Of a stretch of 64,000 bases of DNA, positions 19,602-28,429 are shown piece by piece. A program made the position numbers and the translations under genes. The first letter of the stretch is position 1. Every line of letters starts with the position of its first letter. Source of the DNA: Bacteroidales bacterium (GTDB lineage: Bacteria > Bacteroidota > Bacteroidia > Bacteroidales > GCA-2711565). The stretch is from NCBI GenBank assembly GCA_963675215.1, contig OY775914.1, positions 3,848,149 to 3,912,148 of the forward strand. Direction: 5' to 3'. Below the pieces are notes generated by a model, which made no database searches, was not told the DNA's origin, and saw nothing but the letters and a program-made list of their open reading frames with translations.

Positions 19602-19645
19602 CTAGCCAAAACTGCAAAATAAACATGGCTTTTGGCTGGCTATAA
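19594..19645. repeat. Palindromic element copy D (TTATAACTAGCCAAAA...TTTTGGCTGGCTATAA) overlapping the ATPase stop codon
   Basis: Direct repeat of copy U. Arms at 19596-19611 and 19630-19645 form an imperfect 16-bp inverted repeat. Confidence 0.75.
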
Positions 19646-19666
19646 ACACTATAATAAAAACTCATT

Positions 19667-19921
19667 ATGCAACAAAAGAATTGGAAACTCAAACTCGGAT
19701 TAATCCTCATTATTGTATCTATACCTCTGTTTCTCTCGCTACCAATAATCCCATTTCTTCATTTAGAAAGCAATCAAAAAATTACCATAACATCAATTAT
19801 TTTTATTTCTGCCGAAATTATATTTTGGTCGGGAGGACTATTGGTTGGCAAAGAATTATTTCAAAAATATAAATCGAAGCTTAATCCCAAAAGCTGGTTT
19901 AAGAAGAAATCTGAAAAATGA
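19667..19921 (+). CDS. Small two-TM membrane protein, function unknown
   Basis: 84 aa with two hydrophobic helices and a Lys-rich tail. It starts 21 nt after repeat copy D. Confidence 0.5.
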   Translation: MQQKNWKLKLGLILIIVSIPLFLSLPIIPFLHLESNQKITITSIIFISAEIIFWSGGLLVGKELFQKYKSKLNPKSWFKKKSEK

Positions 19922-19929
19922 GATCTTTC

Positions 19930-19937
19930 TAATTTTG
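19930..19937 (+). promoter_or_regulatory. Candidate -7 promoter box (TAATTTTG) upstream of the MBL hydrolase gene
   Basis: Matches TAnnTTTG, 57 nt before the ATG at 19995. Confidence 0.4.
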
Positions 19938-19994
19938 CTAAACTGCAGATTGTGTAATATATTTGATTAACCTAATAATCCTTATATAAAACCC

Positions 19995-20738
19995 ATGAAA
20001 AAAACAGTCAAAAGAGTACTCCTAGTAATAGGTATCATTTTCATTTTAATCATAATTTTCTTTGTTGGATACATGTTCAAGGCAAAATCAGAAATCAAGA
20101 AAATGACTCCTACTGAAACGAAAGAAATCACTACGAATATCTTTTCGATTAAGGACTCATTCACAAATATGTATCTGATAAAAGATAGTACCTCGTATAT
20201 TGCAATTGATGCGGGAAATAATATTGAGGTAGTTGCTGAAGAGCTTAAAAAAATGAATATTAATCCAAGCATGGTTACAGCAGTGCTATTGACCCATACG
20301 GATGGTGATCACGTTGCTGCACTTAGATTGTTTAAAAATGCTAAAGTCTATCTCTCAAAACAAGAAGCGCAACTCCTTACCGGAGAAAAATACAGATTCT
20401 TATTTTTCGGAAATACAATTGATGCAGAAGAATATACCCTGATAGAAGATCAAGAAATTTTTAATATTGGGAATTTAAAAATCCAAGGGATATTAACTCC
20501 TGGTCATACCGTTGGAAGTATGTGTTATTTGCTTGATGATAAATATTTGTTCGTTGGCGATGCATTAAGTTTAAAGGATGACAAAATTGACAAATTCAAT
20601 AAATTTGCAAATACTGATACCAAAGCCGCTACAAATTCAATCGCTCTGATCACAGAATTACCAACGGCAAAATATATTTTTACCGCTCATTATGGCTTCA
20701 CTGATGATTACAAAAAAGCTGTCGAGTCATGGAAATAA
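19995..20738 (+). CDS. Membrane-anchored metallo-beta-lactamase-fold hydrolase
   Basis: 247 aa with an N-terminal TM anchor (VLLVIGIIFILIIIFFVGY). The MBL-fold pattern is LLTHTDGDHV, then TPGHTVGS, then VGDAL. Confidence 0.8.
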   Translation: MKKTVKRVLLVIGIIFILIIIFFVGYMFKAKSEIKKMTPTETKEITTNIFSIKDSFTNMYLIKDSTSYIAIDAGNNIEVVAEELKKMNINPSMVTAVLLTHTDGDHVAALRLFKNAKVYLSKQEAQLLTGEKYRFLFFGNTIDAEEYTLIEDQEIFNIGNLKIQGILTPGHTVGSMCYLLDDKYLFVGDALSLKDDKIDKFNKFANTDTKAATNSIALITELPTAKYIFTAHYGFTDDYKKAVESWK

Positions 20739-20815
20739 GCATTTTTACAGACAAGTCATTACTCCCAAGGTAAAATTAGAATGTGATTATTCCGTTAAAC
20801 AATACGAAATAAAAA

Positions 20816-21403
20816 ATGAATGCTCAAATTGAAGAAAGAATAAAAATTATCAGGCGGTTTAAATCCGTTTATAGCACGCAGGAAAAGAACCCGCAAAAAA
20901 TGAACTTCTGGTTCAATTTTAGTGCCGCATTTGAATATTGGGTCACTATGCTCTTATTAATTTTCCTGATGTTCTTGTCATTCAGCGCCATTTTCCATAT
21001 CGAACCCTTTAATGAAAAATGGCAAACTTCAGGACTAATTGTTTTGATGACCTTTGCCATTGCAATAAAATCACCGTACTCTTTTATTGAACTTTTTTTG
21101 CTAAAGCATGTCAAAAAAATAATAAAACTTGATTTGAGCTTTCCTCAATCTTTAAACCAAGAATTAAAGGAAATCATAACTAAAATAAATAGTAAAAAAA
21201 ATCGAATGAATATTATAGGACTTCCTTCAATACTTATCATGCTTGGGGGATTGCTTAAGGTGCTTGACCTTAATCCTTATTGGAATTATTTTACTTACAT
21301 TGTTTTGGTATTTTCTCCAATTCTACTAATTCGAATAAATTTCCAAATTAGCATAGTCAAAAAAAATCTTAATAAGTTTGATTCAATAATCATTAATCAA
21401 TAG
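20816..21403 (+). CDS. Hypothetical polytopic membrane protein
   Basis: 195 aa with about four hydrophobic helices. I recognise no motif. Confidence 0.5.
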   Translation: MNAQIEERIKIIRRFKSVYSTQEKNPQKMNFWFNFSAAFEYWVTMLLLIFLMFLSFSAIFHIEPFNEKWQTSGLIVLMTFAIAIKSPYSFIELFLLKHVKKIIKLDLSFPQSLNQELKEIITKINSKKNRMNIIGLPSILIMLGGLLKVLDLNPYWNYFTYIVLVFSPILLIRINFQISIVKKNLNKFDSIIINQ

Positions 21404-21408
21404 TTATT

Positions 21409-21813
21409 ATGAATTCAATGATGATAGCCCCCTGTGGGATGAACTGCAATTTATGTTATGCCTTTCAAAGGGATAAAAACAAATGCGATGGTTGTTGGGG
21501 TGCTTACGATCGCAAACCAAATTCATGCAGAAAATGTGGCATCACCAACTGTGAACACCTAGCGAAAACCGATTCTAAATTTTGTTACGACTGCGAAAAA
21601 TTTCCATGTACCCGATTAAAACAACTTGACAAAAGATATCAGGCAAAATATCACATGAGTATGCTCGAAAACCTTTCAAATATTAAAACGCTCGGATTAG
21701 AAGCTTTCATTAAAAATGAAATCGAAAGGTGGACATGTCCTGATTGTGGGAGTACATTTTGTGTTCATCATCATCATTGCCCTGATTGTAAAAAAGAAAT
21801 AAACTTTGCTTAA
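21409..21813 (+). CDS. Cys-rich DUF3795-like protein
   Basis: 134 aa. The CGMNCNLCYAF start, multiple CxxC pairs and FCYDCEKFPC are typical of the DUF3795 family. Confidence 0.6.
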   Translation: MNSMMIAPCGMNCNLCYAFQRDKNKCDGCWGAYDRKPNSCRKCGITNCEHLAKTDSKFCYDCEKFPCTRLKQLDKRYQAKYHMSMLENLSNIKTLGLEAFIKNEIERWTCPDCGSTFCVHHHHCPDCKKEINFA

Positions 21814-21821
21814 ACTTACTT

Positions 21822-24146
21822 ATGAAAAAATTAATAGCCCTTATTTCAGTTATCAGTTTATTGAGTTCTTGCCAATCTCAAAGAGATGAGCGTCATATTG
21901 CTACTGATACGATAACTCAAAATAAAAATTTCATTCAGTTTGTGAATCCATTGATTGGAACCAAAAATATGGGCCATACTTTCCCAGGTGCTACTGCTCC
22001 ATTTGGGATGGTTCAGCTAAGTCCCGAAACGAATCAACAGGTAATGTATATTGATGGTAGATACAATCCCGATACTTACAAGTACTGTTCGGGGTATCAG
22101 TACGACGACAATACTATTTATGGATTTAGCCACACCCATTTCAGCGGTACAGGACATTCGGATTTAGGTGATTTTTTAGTAATGCCTACCACCGGAAAAC
22201 TAAATCTGAACCCCGGTGACTCAAGAAAACCAAAAAGCGGATTTCATTCGCAGTTTTCACACGAAAATGAACTTGCTGAACCCGGATATTATAAAGTTAA
22301 TCTGGACGATTACAGTATTACAGCTGAATTAACGGCTTCCGATCGTGTTGGATTTCATCAGTATACTTTTCCGAAATCAGATAGTTCACATATCATTCTG
22401 GATTTGATTTCCAATATTTATAATTACGAAGATAAAAATGTTTGGACTTTTGTTCGCGTAGAAAACGATTCACTTGTAACGGGATATCGTCAAACCCATG
22501 GCTGGGCCCGAACCCGAACCGTTTATTTTGCCATGCAATTTTCAAAACCCTTTTATCAATATGGCCATAAAAAATATGATGAGGTAACGTATAATGGATT
22601 TTACAGACGATTTAACGAAGAAGAAAATTTTCCGGAAATGGCGGGCAAAAACCTTCGTGCTTACTTCGACTTTAAAACCAATGAGGATGAAAAAATTCAA
22701 ATCAAGTTTGCACTGTCATCAGTGAGTACAAATGGAGCCTTAAAAAATCTGGAAGCTGAAATTCAACATTGGAATTTTGATCAGGTGAAAACCGAAACGC
22801 AACAAAAATGGAATACCGAACTCTCAAAGATTGAAGTAGAAACTGAAACTTTAGAACAAAAAGAAACCTTTTATTCGGCCATGTATCACAGCATGCTTAG
22901 CCCAATTATTTACGAAGATGTGGATGGTTCTTATCGAGGACTGGATCAAAACATCCATCAATCAGATGGATTTACCAATTATACCATTTTTTCCCTTTGG
23001 GATACTTACCGCGCACTTCATCCATTATTCAATATCATTCAGCCAAAACGCAATAACGACATGATTAAATCAATGCTGGCGCATCATGATCAAAGTGTGC
23101 ATAAAATGTTGCCTGTTTGGAGTCATTATGCCAACGAAAACTGGTGCATGATTGGCTATCATTCGGTTTCGGTAATTGCAGATGCCATTGCCAAAGGCAC
23201 TACAGACATTGATTTAAACAGCGCGCTAAAAGCTGCTGAAAACACCTCCACCCTATCCTACTTTGATGGCTTGGATTATTACATGAGTAATGGGTTTGTA
23301 CCGGAAGACAAAAGTTCTTCCTCTGTATCAAAAACGCTAGAGTTTGCCTACGATGATTGGTGTATTTCCCAAATTGCATTGAAAGCCGGGAACGAGAAAT
23401 CCTATTCGATTTATCAGAACCGTGCTAAAAATTACGTGAATGTTTACGATCCGGAAATCGGCTATATGCGTCCCAAGTTAGCTGATGGCACATGGCGTTC
23501 TGACTTCAGTCCCATCGATACACACGGGCAAGGTTTTATCGAAGGTAATGCCTGGAATTATGGTTTATACGTGCCTCACGAAATTGACAACATGATTGCC
23601 ATGATGGGAGGAAAAAACAAATTTTCAGCGCATCTGGATATGATTTTTAACACCCCCATCGAAGATAAATTTATTGAAAAAAATGAAGACATTACTCGTG
23701 ATGGAATTATTGGGAATTATGTTCATGGAAACGAACCAGGACATCACATGCCCTATTTATACAACTGGACCAACGATCACTGGAAAACACAAGAACGCGT
23801 GCGAATGATCATGGAAACCATGTATAGCAATAAAGAAGATGGATTATGCGGTAATGATGATGCGGGACAGATGAGTGCCTGGTATGTTTTCAGTGCACTT
23901 GGATTTTATCCTGTGACTCCCGGATCAGATGAATATGCGATTGGTAGTCCGATGGTAAAAAAAGCCACAATCAAACTCGACAACGGAAAAACATTATTGA
24001 TCAAAACCGTTAATCAAGGTAAAGAGAATGTTTATGTAGAGAAGATAACCATCAATGGAGAAGAACTCTCAGGGACCAAACTTAAACACAGCGATATCGT
24101 TAACGGTGGTGAAATTATTTTTTATTTAAAAAGTTTTCATTCTTAA
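21822..24146 (+). CDS. GH92-family alpha-mannosidase, lipoprotein
   Basis: 774 aa with a lipoprotein signal (LLSSC). Carries GHTFPGATAPFGMVQLSP, GNEPGHHMPYLY and CGNDDAGQMSAW, which are GH92 hallmarks. Confidence 0.9.
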   Translation: MKKLIALISVISLLSSCQSQRDERHIATDTITQNKNFIQFVNPLIGTKNMGHTFPGATAPFGMVQLSPETNQQVMYIDGRYNPDTYKYCSGYQYDDNTIYGFSHTHFSGTGHSDLGDFLVMPTTGKLNLNPGDSRKPKSGFHSQFSHENELAEPGYYKVNLDDYSITAELTASDRVGFHQYTFPKSDSSHIILDLISNIYNYEDKNVWTFVRVENDSLVTGYRQTHGWARTRTVYFAMQFSKPFYQYGHKKYDEVTYNGFYRRFNEEENFPEMAGKNLRAYFDFKTNEDEKIQIKFALSSVSTNGALKNLEAEIQHWNFDQVKTETQQKWNTELSKIEVETETLEQKETFYSAMYHSMLSPIIYEDVDGSYRGLDQNIHQSDGFTNYTIFSLWDTYRALHPLFNIIQPKRNNDMIKSMLAHHDQSVHKMLPVWSHYANENWCMIGYHSVSVIADAIAKGTTDIDLNSALKAAENTSTLSYFDGLDYYMSNGFVPEDKSSSSVSKTLEFAYDDWCISQIALKAGNEKSYSIYQNRAKNYVNVYDPEIGYMRPKLADGTWRSDFSPIDTHGQGFIEGNAWNYGLYVPHEIDNMIAMMGGKNKFSAHLDMIFNTPIEDKFIEKNEDITRDGIIGNYVHGNEPGHHMPYLYNWTNDHWKTQERVRMIMETMYSNKEDGLCGNDDAGQMSAWYVFSALGFYPVTPGSDEYAIGSPMVKKATIKLDNGKTLLIKTVNQGKENVYVEKITINGEELSGTKLKHSDIVNGGEIIFYLKSFHS

Positions 24147-24158
24147 ATCCAATTGAAA

Positions 24159-24749
24159 ATGAAAATTTACGAGCATGTCCACTTTAAAAAAAGAACTGAC
24201 TTTCGAGAATGGCTAAAGATAAACCACGACAAAAGTGATGGCATTTGGATGATTTTCTTTAAAAAACACACCAAGAAAGAAAATATCACTTACCCTGAAG
24301 CCCTCGATGAAGCACTTTGTTTTGGATGGATAGACAGCACTAAAAAAGGAATTGATGATGAAAAATATATTTGGAAATTCACCCCAAGAACAAATGTCAA
24401 AAACTGGTCGGATATAAATAAATTAAAGGTTATTAAGCTGATTAAGTCTGGTCAAATGAATGAAGCCGGTTTGAACAAAATTGACCTTTATTTAAAAACC
24501 GGTAAAGTTGATTGGAAGGTTGAGCCTAAACAAAAAAGCAAAAAAGCTGAGATTAAAATCCCTAAATTTATTCTAGACTACTTTTCAAGAAATGAACCCG
24601 CACTTGCTAATTTTAACAAACTAGCACCTTCGCATCAAAGAAATTATGTGCTGTGGATAAGCGATGCTAAAAGACAAGAAACAAGACTTAAAAGACTTGC
24701 CGAATCGGTAGCGTTATTATTAAAAAATAAAAAATTAGGAATGAAATGA
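24159..24749 (+). CDS. YdeI/OmpD-associated family protein
   Basis: About 196 aa with a FREWL...GIWM...ALCFGWIDS pattern and a C-terminal ...YVLWI..AKR.ETR..R segment typical of the YdeI family. The ATG at 24159 is preferred over the TTG at 24153. Confidence 0.6.
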   Translation: MKIYEHVHFKKRTDFREWLKINHDKSDGIWMIFFKKHTKKENITYPEALDEALCFGWIDSTKKGIDDEKYIWKFTPRTNVKNWSDINKLKVIKLIKSGQMNEAGLNKIDLYLKTGKVDWKVEPKQKSKKAEIKIPKFILDYFSRNEPALANFNKLAPSHQRNYVLWISDAKRQETRLKRLAESVALLLKNKKLGMK

Positions 24750-25678
24750 AAATTGCGATAATTGGCAGTGGAGGGGTTGGTGGTTACTTTGGTGGGAAAA
24801 TAGCACATGCCGGATATGATGTGACCTTCTTTGCAAGAGGAGAACACCTAAAACAAATTCAGACAAATGGACTGACCATTAAAAGTGTTAATGGAAACAT
24901 TAATATTGGTGCTCCAAAAGCAACTGATCAGATCAAGAATATTGGATCAGCTGATTTAATACTTATAGCTGTAAAAGCCTGGCAGCTGAAAGAACTAGCA
25001 ATTGAATTAAAGTCGATCATTCACGAAAAAACATTGATAATTCCCTTACTAAATGGAATTTTAGCTATTGACGAATTAAAGACCCAAATCAGTGAACAAA
25101 ACCTGATTGGTGGTTTATGCCGGATCATCAGTAAAATTGAGTCTCCCGGAATCATCAACCATCTCGGCGTAACTCCAACCATTGTTTTTGGGAAAATCTC
25201 AAATACAAAGCCAGAAAAACTTTTAGCGATTAAAGAAATTTTTGATGAATCAGGAATAAAGTCAAGTATTGCTAATGATATTCATGCCGAATTGTGGAAA
25301 AAATTTATTGCTATTTGTGTGAGTGGATTATTGGCTGTTACAAAAACAACCTATGGTGAACTCAGAGAACTTAAAGAAACCCGGCAAATGATGGTAGCGT
25401 TATTATCTGAAATTTTTCACTTATCTCAAAAAGTTGGAATAAAGCTGGAAACCGACTTTTTAGACAAAACCATATCATTCATAGATTCATTCCCTTATGA
25501 TACCACCTCATCTCTCACCCGAGATATATGGGAAGGTAAACCTTCAGAAATCGAATATCAGAATGGAACAGTTGTTCGACTTGGCGAAAAATATGGGATT
25601 CCGACTCCAATCAACCGATTTGTTTATTACTGCATTTTACCTATGGAAATTAAGGCAAGAAATAAATACATCTATTAA
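24746..25678 (+). CDS. panE: 2-dehydropantoate 2-reductase
   Basis: 310 aa with an N-terminal Rossmann motif (MKIAIIGSGGVGGYFG) and ApbA/PanE-like organisation. ATGA overlap with the upstream gene. Confidence 0.8.
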   Translation: MKIAIIGSGGVGGYFGGKIAHAGYDVTFFARGEHLKQIQTNGLTIKSVNGNINIGAPKATDQIKNIGSADLILIAVKAWQLKELAIELKSIIHEKTLIIPLLNGILAIDELKTQISEQNLIGGLCRIISKIESPGIINHLGVTPTIVFGKISNTKPEKLLAIKEIFDESGIKSSIANDIHAELWKKFIAICVSGLLAVTKTTYGELRELKETRQMMVALLSEIFHLSQKVGIKLETDFLDKTISFIDSFPYDTTSSLTRDIWEGKPSEIEYQNGTVVRLGEKYGIPTPINRFVYYCILPMEIKARNKYIY

Positions 25679-25790
25679 ATTAGCTATTTTTCACACAAAA
25701 TAATGCCCTTTGAACTAAATAAAGATATCCTGCAATCAAGTAATTGATAAATATTTAATTGTTTTTTCAGAATGCTACTTTAAAATTATA

Positions 25791-25798
25791 TAATTTTG
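25791..25798 (+). promoter_or_regulatory. Candidate -7 promoter box (TAATTTTG) upstream of pruA
   Basis: Matches TAnnTTTG, 64 nt before the ATG. It is followed by an 8-bp hairpin at 25803-25826. Confidence 0.4.
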
Positions 25799-25862
25799 TA
25801 CCCGTTATGTTTTTTATTACATAACGAAAATTTATTTATAAATGAATTAACAAATCATTACA

Positions 25863-27491
25863 ATGAACAACGCAATTTTTGATTTTAAAGAGCCCAAAAA
25901 CGAACCGATCTACAATTATTTACCAGGAAGTACAGAACAAGAGCTTCTTTTAAAAGAATTAGAAAAACAGAGTAATCAGGAAATAGAAATCCCTTTAATT
26001 ATTGGAGGTAAAGAAATATTTACAGGAAACACTGAAAATGTTGTATCTCCGCATCAGCATCAACACGTAATTGCAAAATATCACAAAGCCAGAACAGAAG
26101 ATGTTAAAAGTGCAATTGAAGCGGCTCTAAAAGCTAAAACAGAATGGATGGAAACCTCCTGGGTTGAACGTGCTTCGATTATGCTGAAAGCAGCCGAATT
26201 GATATCGAAAAAATACCGTTATGTTTTGAATGCGGCTACCATGCTTGGTCAGGGGAAAAATGCTTATCAGGCTGAAATTGATGCTGCTTGTGAAACCATC
26301 GATTTTTTGAGGTTTAACGTACATTTTGTGTCAGAGATCTTTGAAAACCAGCCAACCATTGGTTTAGATAATATTAACCGACTCGAATACCGTCCGCTCG
26401 AAGGATTTGTTTTTACCATTTCTCCTTTTAATTTTACAGCTATTGCGGCAAACTTAAATACTTCCGTTGCTTTGATGGGTAATACAACCGTTTGGAAACC
26501 TGCCACTACTTCTTTACTCTCGAGTTACTACCTCATGAAAATTTATAAAGAAGCCGGCATACCAGATGGAGTTATCAATTTTATTCCGGGTTCAGGAGCC
26601 ATGATTGGCGATATCGTTTTAAAACATCGTGATTTGGCGGGCATCCATTTTACAGGTTCAACCGGTACTTTTAATGGATTGTGGAAGACGGTTGGACAAA
26701 ATCTGGAACTTTATAAATCTTACCCTCGCTTGGTAGGAGAAACCGGAGGTAAAGATTTTATTTTTGCACATCATTCAGCCAACCCTGAACAACTGGCAAC
26801 TGCTATCGTAAGTGGGGCTTTTGAATACCAAGGCCAGAAATGTTCGGCAGCATCACGGGCTTATATCCCACAATCAATTTGGGCCAAGACCAAACAATTC
26901 ATTTTAGAGAAAGTTTCAAGAATAAAACAAGGAGATGTTACTGATCTGAATAATTTTATGAATGCAGTGATTGATGAAAAGTCTTATGATAACATCATGA
27001 GTTATATCAACTATGCAAAAGAAGCAACGGATGCTGAAATTTTATTTGGCGGAGAAGGTGATAAATCTATTGGCTATTTTATTAAACCAACCATTATCGA
27101 AACTACCAATCCAAATTTCAAAACCATGCAGGAAGAAATTTTTGGACCGGTAATGACCATTTACATCTACGATGATGATCAATTTGAGGAGACGTTAAAA
27201 ATCTGTGATGAAACTTCACCTTATGCCCTAACTGGTTCCATTTTCTCAAACGATAAGTATGCAACAATCAAAGCTTGTAAGATGCTTCGCTATGCTGCAG
27301 GAAACTTTTATTATAACGACAAACCAAGTGGTGCAGTGGTAGGCTTACAACCTTTTGGCGGAGCGCGCGCTTCAGGCACAAACGACAAAGCCGGTAGTTA
27401 TTTAAACCTGCTGCGATGGACCAGCCCACGAACAGTTAAAGAAACCCTTTTACCACCAACTGAAATTGAATACAAGTACATGAAAGGATAG
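25863..27491 (+). CDS. pruA: L-glutamate gamma-semialdehyde (1-pyrroline-5-carboxylate) dehydrogenase
   Basis: 542 aa ALDH-superfamily protein with the catalytic GETGGKD and YQGQKCSA motifs. Its length and N-terminus are typical of single-domain P5C dehydrogenases. Confidence 0.88.
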   Translation: MNNAIFDFKEPKNEPIYNYLPGSTEQELLLKELEKQSNQEIEIPLIIGGKEIFTGNTENVVSPHQHQHVIAKYHKARTEDVKSAIEAALKAKTEWMETSWVERASIMLKAAELISKKYRYVLNAATMLGQGKNAYQAEIDAACETIDFLRFNVHFVSEIFENQPTIGLDNINRLEYRPLEGFVFTISPFNFTAIAANLNTSVALMGNTTVWKPATTSLLSSYYLMKIYKEAGIPDGVINFIPGSGAMIGDIVLKHRDLAGIHFTGSTGTFNGLWKTVGQNLELYKSYPRLVGETGGKDFIFAHHSANPEQLATAIVSGAFEYQGQKCSAASRAYIPQSIWAKTKQFILEKVSRIKQGDVTDLNNFMNAVIDEKSYDNIMSYINYAKEATDAEILFGGEGDKSIGYFIKPTIIETTNPNFKTMQEEIFGPVMTIYIYDDDQFEETLKICDETSPYALTGSIFSNDKYATIKACKMLRYAAGNFYYNDKPSGAVVGLQPFGGARASGTNDKAGSYLNLLRWTSPRTVKETLLPPTEIEYKYMKG

Positions 27492-27520
27492 AAATTTAAA
27501 TTATCCAGTCACTTTTATTG

Positions 27521-27556
27521 AAAAAACCCACACCTAAATTAAGATGTGGGTTTTTT
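27521..27556. terminator. Bidirectional intrinsic terminator between pruA and tRNA-Glu
   Basis: AAAAAACCCACA ... TGTGGGTTTTTT forms a hairpin flanked by an A-run and a T-run. Confidence 0.6.
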
Positions 27557-27563
27557 GTTTTTG

Positions 27564-27637
27564 TAGTCCGTACGGGATTCGAACCCGTGTTACCAGGATG
27601 AAAACCTGGCGTCCTGACCTGACTAGACGAACGGACC
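27564..27637 (-). tRNA. tRNA-Glu (anticodon UUC)
   Basis: The reverse complement reads GGTCCGTTCGTCTAGTCAGGTCAGGACGCCAGGTTTTCATCCTGGTAACACGGGTTCGAATCCCGTACGGACTA. It folds as a cloverleaf with anticodon loop TTTTCAT and closely resembles E. coli tRNA-Glu. CCA is not encoded. Confidence 0.93.
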
Positions 27638-27653
27638 ATTCGTTTTGTGCGTG

Positions 27654-27661
27654 CAAAAATA
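27654..27661 (-). promoter_or_regulatory. Candidate -7 promoter box (TATTTTTG on the minus strand) for tRNA-Glu
   Basis: CAAAAATA on the plus strand, 16 nt upstream of the tRNA 5-prime end. Confidence 0.4.
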
Positions 27662-27692
27662 ATACTTTTTTGATTGCACCAAAGAAAAATCT

Positions 27693-28412
27693 TTAAAAAA
27701 GATCATTTTTTTTAAGCTTATTTATTTTATCCTTCTCGTTCTGAAATTGGAATCCAAGCCGCTTGCCTGTTTTCAAACTCATCGAATCTAAGTTTGATAA
27801 AAATTCGTGCACATTTACCTCATTTACTTTTTCATAAGGTGGCGTTAATAAATCAAAATTGATGGTGAATTTTATGGCTGACTCAACAATGTCGCAAGCA
27901 ACGTCCTCATTCATCTCAGCAGTTACAAAATTATTATAGAGTTGGCCAATTTCACGCTTACCTTCAATAAAATAATGCATGTCTTTATTCACAAAAATTC
28001 TGCCTATCAAATATCCACTATCGTTTAACCGGTTATATTTAAACGAATCGGCCAGAAAATTATAAATATTTATGATTCCACAAAATGCACGATCAGGGTC
28101 TTCTTTCACATAAGAACTTTTCATCACAAAATGATCGCGAGGAAATTCAAAAACATTGGTATGCATCATAAAAATTAAAACATCACCCGCAAACTTCATT
28201 TCAATTTCAAAATCACCTCGTTTACGAAATTCAAAAGGAATTTCATGCTTTAATTTTTGAAGCATCGCTTTTTCGCGAAAATCATCAATGACATTTTTAA
28301 TACTTGTTTTAAAGAGCTCAAATGTATCTAATGTATTCTGATAAACATCCTGTTTAAGGCTGGCTTTTGTGATCAGGCTGTTCAATAACTCTTTTTTATT
28401 GGCTTCGTCCAT
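27693..28412 (-). CDS. Hypothetical cytoplasmic protein, function unknown
   Basis: 239 aa ORF with no signal peptide and no motif I recognise. It starts 17 nt downstream of the PorT-like gene, so it is probably co-transcribed. Confidence 0.55.
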   Translation of the reverse strand: MDEANKKELLNSLITKASLKQDVYQNTLDTFELFKTSIKNVIDDFREKAMLQKLKHEIPFEFRKRGDFEIEMKFAGDVLIFMMHTNVFEFPRDHFVMKSSYVKEDPDRAFCGIINIYNFLADSFKYNRLNDSGYLIGRIFVNKDMHYFIEGKREIGQLYNNFVTAEMNEDVACDIVESAIKFTINFDLLTPPYEKVNEVNVHEFLSNLDSMSLKTGKRLGFQFQNEKDKINKLKKNDLF

Positions 28413-28429
28413 AATTTCAAATTTAATCT

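Noticed and set aside
18119-19645. Interpreting the two flanking palindromes as integron attC sites bounding a gene cassette.
   Set aside because: The arms do not contain the RYYYAAC / GTTRRRY core sites. No intI integrase or neighbouring cassettes are present. The upstream copy follows an ordinary operon terminator. The repeat observation is kept as a finding without the integron label.
19681-19872. A 63-aa ORF overlapping the 84-aa membrane-protein ORF (19667-19921) in another frame.
   Set aside because: The 84-aa frame gives a coherent two-TM protein with a basic tail. The alternative frame gives a compositionally odd product and is fully contained within it.
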